Assembly (NCBI GenBank): GCA_043228905.1
Contig: JBHGNT010000012.1
Coordinates: 20,398,001-20,462,000, forward strand
Direction of reading: 5' to 3'
Length of the DNA: 64,000 bases
Origin: Azolla caroliniana
Lineage: Eukaryota > Plantae > Polypodiophyta
Shown: positions 46,948 to 59,934 of the stretch, in pieces
How positions within the stretch are numbered: position 1 is the first letter of the stretch
How the letters are laid out: the number at the start of each line of letters is the position of its first letter
Translations under genes and position numbers: made by a program
Notes under the pieces: model-generated
The model's input: the letters and a program-made list of their open reading frames with translations, nothing else
Databases searched by the model: none
Told to the model about the DNA's origin: nothing

Positions 46948-48082
46948 ACTCCTATGCGCAAAGTCGGCTAGTCCTGTCTTCTGTCGACAGACTCTAAGTA
47001 TGTCTATAGGTAGTGGTTTTGTAAGCATGTCGGATCCATTATCATCAATATGAATCTTCACAAGGGTAAACTCTCCTTCATCCACCTTCTCTTGTAACCA
47101 GTGATACCTTCTATGTATGTACTTGGTCTAAGAGTGATAAACAACGTTCTTGGCTAGATGTATGGCACTCGGACTATCACAATGGAACAAGAATTCTCCT
47201 TGCTTCATTCCTAGTTCATTGAGAAAACTCCTCATCCATATAAGCTCCTTACCAACCTTTACAATGGTCATATATTCTGCCTTTGTGGTCGACAAAGCCA
47301 CAGTCTTCTGCAGTCTTGACTACCACAACACTGCTCCCCATGTATAGGACATCACATAACTTGATGTCAATCGGCTTGACTCTACATCCCCCGACATGTC
47401 TAAATCAGTAAAGCCGTCGAGCATAGGTTTTCGAAACCATACCTAAGGCACATTCTTGAGGTGCATTTCAAGTACTTGAGTATCCACTTTATTGCTGCCT
47501 AGTGTTCTCGACCTAGATTACTCATATATCAGCTCACCGTTCCGATTGCAAATGCTATTTCCGTTCTCGTACAGACCATAGCATACATTAAACTGCCAAC
47601 GGCCGAGGCATATGACACTTTCATCATCTCGTCCTTGTCCTTCTCTCCTTTTGGACATTGCCTCGCATTCAACGGTAGTCTCGTACTACAATTAGTCGAC
47701 AACGCAAACCCGACTAGTTTTGCTTCCGACATGTTGAATCTTTCCAAGATCTTTGTCACATACTTTTGTTGTAACAACCATAGCACGTTCTTAGTTCTGT
47801 CATGAACTATCTGCATCCCCAATATTTGCTTTGCCGGTCCAAGATCGTTCATGGAAAACGACTTACCTAGTGCTTTCTTCAAGCTCGCTATCTTCTTGGT
47901 GTCTTGTCCAATCACTAACATGTCTTCAACATATAGCAAGAGAATTAAGAAGTCACCTTCATCATACCTTTTGACAAACACACAGTGATCAGCTTGTGTT
48001 TTATGGAACCCATATTCCAGCATGAAGGATTTGAACTTCTTGTACCATTGGCGTGGATCTTGTTTCAAAACATACAAGCTTT
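46948..48082 (-). pseudogene. Copia RT-RNase H fragment
   Basis: LKQDPRQWYKKF, LLYVEDM, YASAVGSLMY, DNGSDMLTK. Confidence 0.88.
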
Positions 48083-50809
48083 TCCTCAGTCGACATTGTT
48101 GTTATGCCGACAAACACAATAGGTTGAACGTCTTACTTCCGAGAACGTTCTATCAAAATGATTGTGGTTGGAGAGATGGTATGTATCAACACTCTAAGCT
48201 CAGAACTTTTTGTAAACATTGATCACCCAGAACTTAATTCTAAGTTTAGAACATGCGCTCTTGATCAAGTGTTAGTTAAAACATAATTGGTGTAGCAAAG
48301 AATAGGTTCGAACATTCGACACAGTAAATAAATTGAAGGATAAACAAAATAGTTGACACAATGGATACTCTAGCTACCAAAATTATAGTAAAACCCAAAA
48401 CAAAACGATAATGACACAATGCTCTTGGCCCCTTTTTATAGGCGACCTGAAAGACTTCTCCAAGATTTTACACTTGCCTATTCGACAAGAACCTACAGTT
48501 ATACAAAACCGTCCTATTTCCCAAATTACTATATTTTTTATACTTGACAAAATTACATTTCAAATTTTGTCTTTTCATACACATTCGACTCCGACTCCGA
48601 TTCTTGGCTCCTTTGTCGACCTTTATACCTCAGGTAGCCGACCAGCTAACACATGGCACTCCCGTGGGATAGTGCCTTGCATGGTCGAACCCCACCCAAA
48701 ATCTTGGTCGTCTTCTTCAGCATTGTCATCTACCTACTCTTCGTCAATTAGGGCATCGTCTTCTATGTCACTCACGTCCTCGTTGAGTATATCAAACAGG
48801 TTTGCCTCATCCTCTTCTTGATCTTCTGCATCGGTCGGAGTCCGTGGATTGTTTGCGTTAAGCTCCTAATTCGTCCAAAATGTTGATTCCGCCTCTGCCT
48901 CCTCCTGTTCGTTTTCTCCTCCCTGGTGTGCATCGCTTACTGGTAATGTTTGGCCAAATTCGTCCCGAGTCGGTTCGGCGTCATCATTTCCCTCCTGTTC
49001 TCCTTGCTAGTGATGATGTTCCTTCTCATAGGCATCGAGCTCCATTGCAGCTGCCATTTGTTGGTCGCCGTAGTCTTCCATGTGGCGCATTGAAAGCTCA
49101 TAGATGTCATTGGCTAGCTCTTCTTTGCTAATATTTGTTTATGATCGTAGGCATTAATTGAGACAACTTATTGTAGGGAGGTTCATGATATCTATGTCTT
49201 GTAACTGAGATAAGATCCATGATAGTACCGTGGTAGCCATCTTCATAAGCTTTGATTGTCAGTTGAGGATGATATTGAATCACATCATAATTGAGTGATA
49301 CATTCTCTTACCAAATCCAATGAACTTGGAACAAAGGGTCCAAACAATCAAGAGAATGCATGCGAACTAACACGTGGTAAGGGTTTCCACTTTACAAAGA
49401 CCCAAATAAAAGATCATGTAATGGGAGAAGCCAAGAGAAGGAGATACGGAGAGTGGGCATAGGCCAAAGGCATGTTGGAACAAGCCATAATCCTCTCTAG
49501 TAAGGTATAAGAGAGGAATAAGAGGTCAAGACAATGCATTTTAGATAGAATAAGTTATGAACCTTGTTAGTTTGAGGTTTGTATTAGGAGATCATGAGAG
49601 TGTATGTTGTAAGAGTTAGCAATAGTAAACCGAGCCGTTTTTAAACAATGTGGGGTTTGAAGGTAGGGTTCAGTTCGGTTTAGGCTTGAACACGTTTGCG
49701 TTCACAAGTGGAAGGATCGCGCACAAGTGGAAGGATAAGGAATATTCCGTTTGATTTTGGGGTTTTTTTGCCATTTCACAAAACATCTTGATACTAGTAT
49801 CACATGTTCTCCAAAACTTGATGAAAAAGTTGAAAATTTCACCATTTGGTAAAATTGAAAAATGCCAAATTTGGGTAAAATATGAAAAGTAACTTTGTGG
49901 ATTTTTAAAGAAAAATGACAACTAATAAGTTTTTAGATCTTAAAGAAATCAAAGTAGAATATTTCAAAACAATGAACGTTTTTATTCCATTCGATAAAAT
50001 GTTGTCTAAATTTGTTACATATAGTTGCACGACAAATACATTTGGGAGTTATTTGCATGATTATCATCATTCTTTTCATGAGAATCACTACTATAGATAA
50101 TATACAATTGTGACACTTCCTCCTCATCTTCCAATGTACCAATCAAATCATTGTCTTCACCAAATGGTATCTCCAAATTTTGTGCAATAAATCTTCTTCG
50201 CCTTCAATCTGAGATATCTTCTAGACTTGCTAATATCTCTTTTATTATGCATATCGTTGTTGTCCTTATACATCCAACTTTTGTTTGTGTAAAGTCATAC
50301 ATAATGATATCCACCTCATTAATGTCAATGATAGATGTATTACAAACGTTTAATACATCATCACGTCCAAAACTTTACCAATGCAGAATTGGTACCCAAG
50401 GTCATGGCCATCTACAAGTGTAGCTATTAATATCCCCATCTTGAGTTCTTGCAAGTTTCCTTGTCATCTGAGTTATACTTGTGTTGTCATCCTTCGTTCC
50501 AACTATAAAGATTAACATTAAGTAGTGATTAAGAACCACGCGAACACTTTATGGACCATGTAAATGGCATTTGTAAGGTTCAATTACCATCAACACAATT
50601 ATTAATAGTTTTTTGTTAATCAATAATGCACATGTTCACCATAAAGTATCTTGTTGTACAACATGCATCTATCAATATGCATCTTTTTCTCTTGTTAAAA
50701 CACACATTTTAGTACGATTCAAGTTCATGTTTAAATACCAAAATAAAATAGGAAAAAATGTAATTATTTTTAAAACAAAATCCGAAAGTTAAGTTAGTTC
50801 ATGTCATGG

Positions 50810-50878
50810 TATGGTAGGACTCGAACCCATGACCTTATGCTACATGGGTCAAGCTCTTGACCATTAGACCATACATTA
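50810..50878 (-). ncRNA. tRNA-like Pol III unit, copy 1
   Basis: A box TGGTCTAATGG (50871-50861) and B box GGTTCGAGTCC (50827-50817), 44 nt start-to-start as in tRNA genes. No proper cloverleaf. Confidence 0.5.
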
Positions 50879-51114
50879 CTATACATGAAATATTATTTTC
50901 ATCACTTATTAAAGCTGAAAGTTTTTTAGAAAAAAAAACAAAATACCAAAATAAAATAGGAAAAAATGTAATTATTTAAATAAAAAAATCCGAAATAAAA
51001 CTTTAAACATGAACTCGATACGCCGTATCGAGTTCATGTAAAAAAGTTAGCTTTTCAACATGAACTCGATACGCCGTATCGAGTTCATGTTGAAAAGGCG
51101 TATCGAGTTCATGT

Positions 51115-51211
51115 AAAAAAGTTAGGTTAGTTCATGTCATGATATGGTAAGACTCGAACCCATGACCTTATGCTAAATGGGTCAAGCTCTTAACCATTAG
51201 ACCATACATTG
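51115..51211 (-). ncRNA. tRNA-like Pol III unit, copy 2, with T6 terminator
   Basis: A box 51204-51194; B box GGTTCGAGTCT 51160-51150; TTTTTT at 51120-51115. Confidence 0.5.
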
Positions 51212-51409
51212 CTATACATGAAATATTATTTTCATCACTTATTAAAGCTGAAAGTTTTTTAGAAAAAAAAACAAAATACCAAAATAAAATAGGAAAAAAT
51301 GTAATTATTTTTTAAAAAAAATCCGAAATAAAACTTTAAACATGAACTCGATACGGCGTATCGAGTTCATGTATCGAGTTCATGTTGAAAAGGCGTATCG
51401 AGTTCATGT

Positions 51410-51505
51410 AAAAAGTTAGGTTAGCTCATGTCATGGTATAGTAGGACTCGAACCCATGACCTTATGCTACATGGGTCAAGCTCTTGACCATTAGACCATA
51501 CATTG
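51410..51505 (-). ncRNA. tRNA-like Pol III unit, copy 3, with T5 terminator
   Basis: A box 51498-51488; B box 51454-51444; TTTTT at 51414-51410. Confidence 0.5.
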
Positions 51506-54500
51506 CTATACATGAAATATTATTTTCATCACTTATTAAAGCTGAAAGTTTTTTAGAAAAAAAAAACAAAATACCAAAATAAAATAGGAAAAAATGTAAT
51601 TATTTTTAAAAAAAAATCCGAAATAAAACTTTAAACATGAACTCGATACGCCGTATCGAGTTCATGTTGAAAAGGCGTATCGAGTTCATGTACAAAAGTT
51701 AGCTTTTCAACATGAACTCGATACGCTGTATCGAGTTCATGTTGAAAAGGCGTATCGTGTTCATGTACAAAAGTTAGCTTTTCAACATGAACTCGATACG
51801 CATGAACTTGATACGCCGTAGATTAACTCATGTCATCATCATTCCCTCTCAGTCCCTCTCTCTCTCTCTCACTCTCTCTCTCTCTCTTCTTTTCTCAAGT
51901 TTGACAATTTATGAATATCGTCTACATTTTAGGAGTTGTGGATTTATCAAAATTGTTTATAAATATTGTCTACATTTCTTGAGTTGTGAATTTATGGATG
52001 TTAATGAGCACTAATTTATAGATGATGACATTAAGGATTGCAATATTACCTTTTATACTTAAAACATTTTCAAGTCTAACAATAGATGTAACCTTAATCT
52101 TCTCAAGACGGTGAAACCATTAATCTTAACTTGTGCCTTGAGTTGACCATAATTGTGATTTTCTTTAAGTTAACTACATTTCATATCTGCAAACCATCAA
52201 CATTTAAACATTATCCCTAAACTATTCAATTTTAGAAATTATCATTTTGAAATTTGTTAAATCTCAAAAAATTAGCCAAATTTACATGCTATTTAAAACA
52301 TGTGATACTAGTGTATCAAGTTTTTGGAAATTGTCTAAAATCGCAAGATTATAAAAGGAATCTATAAGTGGAATGCGCAATCCTTCCACTTATGAATGCA
52401 AAGGTGTTCTTGCCCTTCCTTAACCGGTTTGAGCTTGTATTGGCAAGGCTCAAGCCGAAATGAACCGGAACCAGCTTGGCACAAACCAGAAACCGAGCCG
52501 TTTTTAAACAATGTGGGGTTTGAAGGTAGGGCTCGGTTCGGTTCAGGCCGTTATACATGTATCCCTGATACATGGTAAGTGTGAAAAGGCCAAAACTGGT
52601 CTTTCACTTAGTTGTGTGGGGAGAGAGAGAGAGTGAGTTAGTGAGTGTGAGAGAGCGAGTGTCTGTGTTCTCTCTGTGTGGTTTTTTCCCCCTTTTTTTT
52701 GTTGCAGAGATTTACCTCTCTCTCCTCTTGTAATCTCCACCCTGTTGTATCAATTGAACCCCTTCGTCATTCACCCCCTATTCCTCTCATGCACTCCTTC
52801 TTCATCCTTCACTATCCATGCATTACAATCAAGAGTAGATTGTCTCTTGATTTTCTGCTCTATTGATTGTCATCAATGGTATTAGAGCGAGAGAGATAGC
52901 GAGGGAAGCTTTGGAGTCGGAAACAACAAGCGTCCGAGACTCATTGTGGCGTAGGAGATTCGTGTAGCAAGCGTTGGAGTATCGGGCTCGGTTGAAGCGT
53001 CTGCCTATTGTTGGGTATCTCCAGCATCTTCAACATTGAAGAAAGGAGCCTGCTATTCACAAGTATTTCCCTTGGTTAAACTCTCTTATTATCCATCATA
53101 TGCGAAACATTCTTTGGGTGGAAATAAATTGTGGTGGGAGAGACCCCTGCCACATTTGCAAGAGAGATTTGGGGTTAATGTGAATGCATAGCAAATCCGA
53201 TGCCTACAGTTTGTGGTTTGGGAGATGTATGTGAGTCAATATCGTTGCTACATTTGGAAGAGAAATTTGGGGTCAATGTGAATGTATAACAAAGCAGTTG
53301 CCTACAATTTGTGATTGGGAGATGTATGCTAGTCAATATTGTTGACATTTCGGAAATTATATGTCTTTAAGTGGTGCTTGTTATATGCAAGAGTGGTATC
53401 AGCCCTCTTTGACAGTTCACTACTGATATTTTGGAAGTTGTATGCTTCTAGTGGTGCACGTTGCATGAAATATTGGGTATCAATCTTTGACTGTTTGCCA
53501 TAAGCTAGTTGGTTACTAGTTTTTTGTTGCCCAATCGCTGCCTGATACTATCATTCACTCCCATGGAGTTTGAAATGTTGGATGTATCTAGTAGCACTTA
53601 TGTTGCTCGCAATAGTTCAAGTAAGAACTATTCTTTTTTGGGAAAAGATTATATTGAGATCCGGAAATTTGATGGATCTAATTTTGCTTTGTGGAAGAAT
53701 CAGATGTGTGATGTATTATTGGTTCAAAGAAAGCAAACGAAACCCCTAGGTGGCAAAGCGAAGAAGCCGAATGACATGGATGATGATGATTAGGAGGAAC
53801 TTGATGCCTTGACCATGTTCACTATAAGATTGCACTTGGCAGATAGTGTCTACTTTACGGTTTTAGATAGCCAAAACTACGAAGAATTTTGGAAAAAGCT
53901 ATGCAATACATATGAGAAGGAGACTGCAGCAAACAAGGTGTATTTGATGAGAAATTTATATGACCTTCGTATGAAGGATACGGATAGTATCGCGTCTCAT
54001 TTAAATCAGTTTGATGCATTATGGTCGCAATTGCAAGCTCAAAAAATGACCATGGATGATGAGCTGAAAGCTGTTTTTTTGCTATGCACATTGCCTACCT
54101 CATGGGACACATTTTGCACCGCTATTAGTGCTAGTGTACCAAACGGGAAATTGGTGTATAATGACATAAGTGGAGCACTATTGGGTGAAGAAATACGTAG
54201 GAAATCTATGGTTTCCTCACAAGTTGGAGATGCATATAATGTTCGAGATGTTGGTTATGGTAAAAACCAGCAACGTGGTAGAAGCTAAACCAAAAATAGT
54301 CATGGAAATCATGACAAGAGCAGAAGTAAGTTTAGGAAGAGACTTGTGGAATGCCATTATTGCCACAAGAAGGGTCATATTAAGAAAGATTGTTATGCCT
54401 TGAAGAACAAAGAAAAGGAAAAGAGTAAAACTCATGGTGATGGGCATGTTAAACAATTGGTTGGTTCATCGTCTTCGCTGAAAATAGAGGAAATAAATGT

Positions 54501-54971
54501 TGCATGCAATGATGGTGTTGACATCTTGGTCATGGATGATGATGCTACCTATGTTGAGGCTAATATTTCCCATGCGTTTGCTCATACATGGTTGTTGGAC
54601 TCTGGTGCTTCATTTCATGTGACTCCACATAAAGAGTGGTTCACACGATACGAAGCTAAATCACTTGGTACAGTCCGACTTGGAGATTCACATCAGTGCG
54701 ATGTGCTTGGCATCAGAGATGTCATGGTACAATTTTCTGATGGCTCTCAGTTTACCATACAAAATGTACGCCATGTGCCTGAGCTAACTCGTAGCTTAAT
54801 GTCTGTTGGACAGCTTGATAACATTGGTTTTAAAGTGATTTTTGCTGCCCAATCCTTTCGTGTTACGAAAGGAAATATGGTTATTGCTAAAGGGAAGAAA
54901 GTTGGTTCACTTTATCCTTTAGTTGTCCATCAAAAGGAGCATCTTTTGACAGTCACAGAACAGCCTATGAC

Positions 54972-57900
54972 TGACGTGGAATACGCGGATTAATCTCCGG
55001 CCACAACCGAAGCGTAGATCACTTGATGACAATCAAAACACAGATGAAATGGGAATGGAGGTAAGTACACAAAATAGAAAGAGAATACATAGGATATTAA
55101 CGTGGAAAACCCTTAGAGGGAAAAACCACGGGATTCCACAGACTCCAAACTATCACTATGTAAAGTAATACAATAGGGAGCACAGAGGCAACGACCTCTT
55201 GCTCACAATCTTCACCTAGCGGTGGTTACAACAGAGACACAATCTCTGTATATCGCTCTCTCTCTCTCTTACGCACTGTACAAAAGTTACACCAATAACT
55301 CTATCATCATCACTATTAAGTTTGCCCTAGGTCATATTTATACTAATATGACTTTCGGGCTATTTACAAATATAGCCCCAGTGGGCTCTCTAGAACATAT
55401 TTACATATATGTCCCTTCCATCCGATGAGAGGTTCTCACTGGGCCTACAACATCCGGTTCTCACCGGGTCTTCCTTGTTGGGTACTCGTCATCCGCTATC
55501 ACCGGGTCTTCCTTGCCGGTTACTTGTCATCCGGTTCTCATCGGGTCTTCCGTTGCCGGGTACTCCACATCCGGTTCTCATCGGCTCTTCCGTTGCCAAG
55601 TACTCGTCATCCCATCCGGAGGGACTGAGATCCTAACAAACTCCCCCTTCACTCCGGCATGGGATGCCTAGTCAATCCGATCCGTTTCCGGCATGCGTCT
55701 AGCTTGTCGGGCGTCAGCACCTTGGTCAGCATATCCGACCCATTCTCCTCCGTGTGGATCTTCATTAGCACGAACTCTAGGTCTTCTACTCACTCCCGAA
55801 TCCAGTGGTACCTCCGTTGGATATGCTTCGTCCTGGAATGATACGCTGCGTTCTTCGCAAGGTGGATGGCACTTTGACTGTCGCAACAAAGCCGGTATTC
55901 CTCTTGCCGGATCCCTAGTTCTTCGATGAAGTCCTTCATCCATAGTATTTCCTTGCCGGCTTCCACAGCTGCCATGTACTCCGCTTCCGTGGTTGACAAC
56001 ACAACCGTCTTCTGTAGCCTCGATTGCCACGAAACAACTCCCCCCGCATATGTCATGACATATCCGGATGTTGACCGGCTGGTATCCGCATCAGCCTACA
56101 TATCCAAATCGGTGAAACCGTCAAGTTGGGGTTTACCGGAGCCGAATCGGAGACACGTACTTGAGGTGCCTTTCAAGTATCAGAGTATCCATTTTACCGC
56201 ATTCCAGTGCTCCTTGCCGGGATTGCTCATAAACCGGCTCACCACTCCGACTGCATATCCGATATCCGGTCGGGTACACATCATTGCGTACATTAGGCTC
56301 CCGACGGCAAAGGCATATGGTATCTTCATCATATCCACCTTCTCTGCCTTCATCTTCGAGCTTTGCTTACCGGATAACTTGCAGTTTGCCGGAAGTGTCG
56401 ATCCGACCGGTTTCGCATCTAACATGTTGAACCGCTGAAGCACCTTTGTCACATACTTCTCCTGTGACAGCCACAATTGCTTCGTTGGCCGGTCCCAGAT
56501 GATATGCATCCCCAGCATCTGTCTTCCCGGACCCAAGTCATTCATTGAGAAGGTTTGGTTCAGGGCCTTCTTCAGCATCCGTATCTTGACTTGGTCTCGT
56601 CCGACGATCAACATGTCGTCCACGTACAAGAGGAGTATCAGGAAGTCTCCACCTTCAAACTTCTTCACAAATACGCAGTGATCGGTCTGCGTCTTGTGGT
56701 ACCCTTGATCGTTCATGAAGGAGTCGAACTTCCGGTACCATTGTCGGGGAGCCTGCTTCAACCCGTAGAGGCTCTTTTTTAGCCGGCAAACCAAGTGCTC
56801 CTTCCCTTTCTTCACAAATCCATCCGGTTGCTGCATGTAGATCTCCTCTTCGAGGTCGCCGTGGAGGAACGTCGTCTTCACGTCTAACTGCTCTACCTCG
56901 AGGTCCATGCTTGCCGCTATGCTCAGCATCGTCCGGATGGAAGTCATCTTTACTATCGAGGCAAATATCACGTCGAAGTCCACGCCCTTCTTCTGTTGGA
57001 ACCCCTTCACCACGATCCTAGCTTTGTACCTTGGAGGGTTGTCGGCATCTCCCAGTTTCAACTTGTACAACCACTTGTTTCGAAGTGCCCTCTTTCATTT
57101 CGGCAACTCCACCAATTCATATGTGTGGTTCTCATGCAAGGAATCCATCTCGTCCTGCATGGCACTCAACCACTTGCGGCTATGGGTGTCATCCTTCGCT
57201 TCTTCGAAGCTTTCCGGCTCCCCCTCATCGGTCAATAGCACATGCTCTGCATCCGGAAATCTCTAGGGGGGCCTTCTCTCTCTGAGATCTATTTGTTCTT
57301 CATCCGAATCCAATTCAAGGTCTTGGCCGGTTCCGGTTTCAGCTTCCTCTACTTCTTCTTCTACCGGTTCAGTATCCTCACCGTAACCGGTTGGTTCCTC
57401 GAGTGTCAACCGGCTCTTAGCTGGGTGGGTCCGAATCTCATCGGAGTTCATTATCTTCTTCTCCGACTCCCAATCGGCAAGAGTCTGGTCCTCCATGAAG
57501 ATAATATCTCGGCTCCGGAAAACCTTCTTGTCAACCAGATCCCACACTCGGTAGTTGAACTCATCATCGTCGTATCTAAGGAATATGCATGGCCGGGTCT
57601 TTGGATCCAACTTTCCTCTCCGGTCCTTAGCAACATGCACGTACGCGAGACACCCGAACACCTTCAAATGCTGGTAGGACACTTCCTTACCGGTCCACAC
57701 CTTTTGCGGCGTGTCTCCATCCAAGGGCACTGAGGGTGATCTGTTTATCACATACGTCGTTGTCGACAGTGCCTCGGCCCAAAACGTCTTGGGTAGTTTA
57801 GCATGTGCTAGCATCCTCCGGACCCTCTCCATTATGGTCTGGTTCATCCTCTCGGCTAGCCCGTTTAGTTCCAGTATCTTCGACACAGTAAATTCGAGCC

Positions 57901-59844
57901 GGATTCCCTTCGAGCGGCAATACTCCTCGAACTGCCCCCGGTATTCTCCTCCGTTATCTGCTCGAACCGCCTTCAGCTTCCGTCCGGTTTCTCTTTCCAC
58001 TCTTGCGTGGAGCTCCTTGAAGACGGATAACACCTGATCCTTCGTCTTCAACGGTGTGGCCCACAGCCTCCTGTTGTGGTCATCTATGAACATCATGAAG
58101 TACAGCGCTCTGGCATGGGACTTCGTGTCCACTTGACACACATCTGTATGCCCCAACTTGAATGGTGCATTACGTCTCTTCGGTGGCCTTGATCGGAAGG
58201 AGGTCCAGTTTTGCTTACCGGCTAGGCAGTCGGTGCACCTCTCAAGATGCACGTTCTTCACCAGAATGAGGTTGTCATCGGCAAGCCTCTTCATCCCCTT
58301 CACGCTCATGTGACACAGTCTCTTGTGCCATAGCTCACCGGCAGTGTCAGAAGCCACGTTCACTTCTTCCGGGCATAACCGGGCATTCATTAGGTACAGC
58401 GTGTTGACCTTCCGGGCCTGAGCCATCATCTAGCCGCCCAGCTGATATCAGGTTCAGTCGAACCTCCGGAACGTATCAAACATCCTTCAGCAACAGCTTG
58501 CATCCGGTTGGTGTTGTCAACCACATGTCTCCTATGCCGACAATTCGGCATGTACCTTCATTCCCCATCCGGAAACAGTTGTGATCACCGATTGTGTAGG
58601 ATGAGAAGTATTTACGGTCCGGGGTAAGGTGGAACGACGCTCCGGAATCAACAACCCACGTTGTCTCGTCGCCGGCAAGGTTCAACTCACTCTCCTCGGT
58701 GATGAGCATAAACTCTTCTTCACTTGCCACGATTGCCGTCATTCCCCTCCGATCTTTACCGTTCCGGTCCGATGTCCGCTTCGAATCGGTACCATCGGTT
58801 TCCTTGTCTTTTTGGAAGTGCCGACAGTTCTTCTAGAAGTGTCCCAGCTTGCCGCAATAGAAGCAGGTAGGCCTCCCCCTTGACTTTGACCGTGTCCCCG
58901 ACTTTTCCCAGTTCTGGGGACTACGGTTCCTTTGTCTTCCGTGTTTCGATTCGGTAAGGAGCACTTTGGAGTTGGAGTTCGTATCCTTGTCTTTCTGATG
59001 TGCCTCCTCATCTAGCAAGCTCAACTTCACTCTTGCTAGGGATAACCGTTTCCCTTCCAGCCCGGCGTTGCCCAAAGTGACAACCAACGTCTCCCAGCTA
59101 TCTAAGAGGGAACCGAGCAGGAGTAGTGCTAGTACCTCATCGATGAGAGGTATTTCCAATGATGTTGCCTGGTGGATCAGCCCCTAGAAGGCATTCATGT
59201 GCTCCGCCATGCTGGAGCCATCTTGGTACCGGAGTCTTACTAGCTTCCGAAATACCGAAACCTGATTAATAGCATTTTTGTTCTGAAACATAATGCTGAT
59301 CTTCTCCCAGAGCTCATGAGCCTTGCTCTCTTCATTGAAGTTGTTGTATAGACTCATGTCGATGAAGCACCGTATGTACGTCGTTGTCTTCATGTGCATC
59401 ACCTCCCATATCGTGGCATTGATTTTGTCCGGTCTCTTGTCCCCAAACTGAACCGGCAACCAAATATCTTTAACCACGAGCATGTCCCTCATCTTCGACT
59501 AAGCTTGAACATGCCTCCCAACGAATCGTCCATTTTTTGTGTCGTTTCGCTCTGATACCAATTTGACGTGGAATACGCGGATTAATCTCTGGCCACAACC
59601 GAAGCGTAGATCACTTGATGACAATCAAAACACAGACGAAATGGGAATGGAGGTAAGTACACAAAATAGAAAGAGAATACATAGGATATTAACGTGGAAA
59701 ACCCTTAGAGGGAAAAACCACGGGAGTTCACAGACTCCAAACTAACACTATGTAAAGTAATACAACAGGGAGCACAGAGGCAACGACCTCTTGCTCACAA
59801 TCTTCGCCTAGCGGCGGTTACAACAAAGACACAATCTCTGTATA

Positions 59845-59934
<90 letters not shown>

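Larger units (their letters stand above)
50733..51820. repeat. Compound tandem array: three ~295-335-bp units, each a tRNA-like head, an AT-rich block and a palindrome cluster
   Basis: Units start at about 50785, 51118 and 51411; conserved blocks are near-identical. Confidence 0.92.
49683..52415. mobile_element. Non-autonomous TIR DNA element (MULE-like) with internal tandem array
   Basis: 49688-49723 matches the reverse complement of 52374-52409 at 32/36. Inverted similarity continues inward (actagtatcacatgtt at ~49793 vs aacatgtgatactagt at ~52297). No TSD or transposase identified. Confidence 0.65.

Noticed and set aside
50100-50520. Transposase remnant inside the TIR element
   Set aside because: Minus-strand translation is stop-ridden and I could not recognise DDE, SWIM or hAT motifs.
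50810-51505. Functional tRNA genes
   Set aside because: A and B boxes are present, but acceptor and anticodon stems do not pair.
51007-51820. CRISPR-like array of palindromic repeats
   Set aside because: No unique spacers of regular length, intervening blocks are themselves repeated, no cas genes, eukaryotic context.
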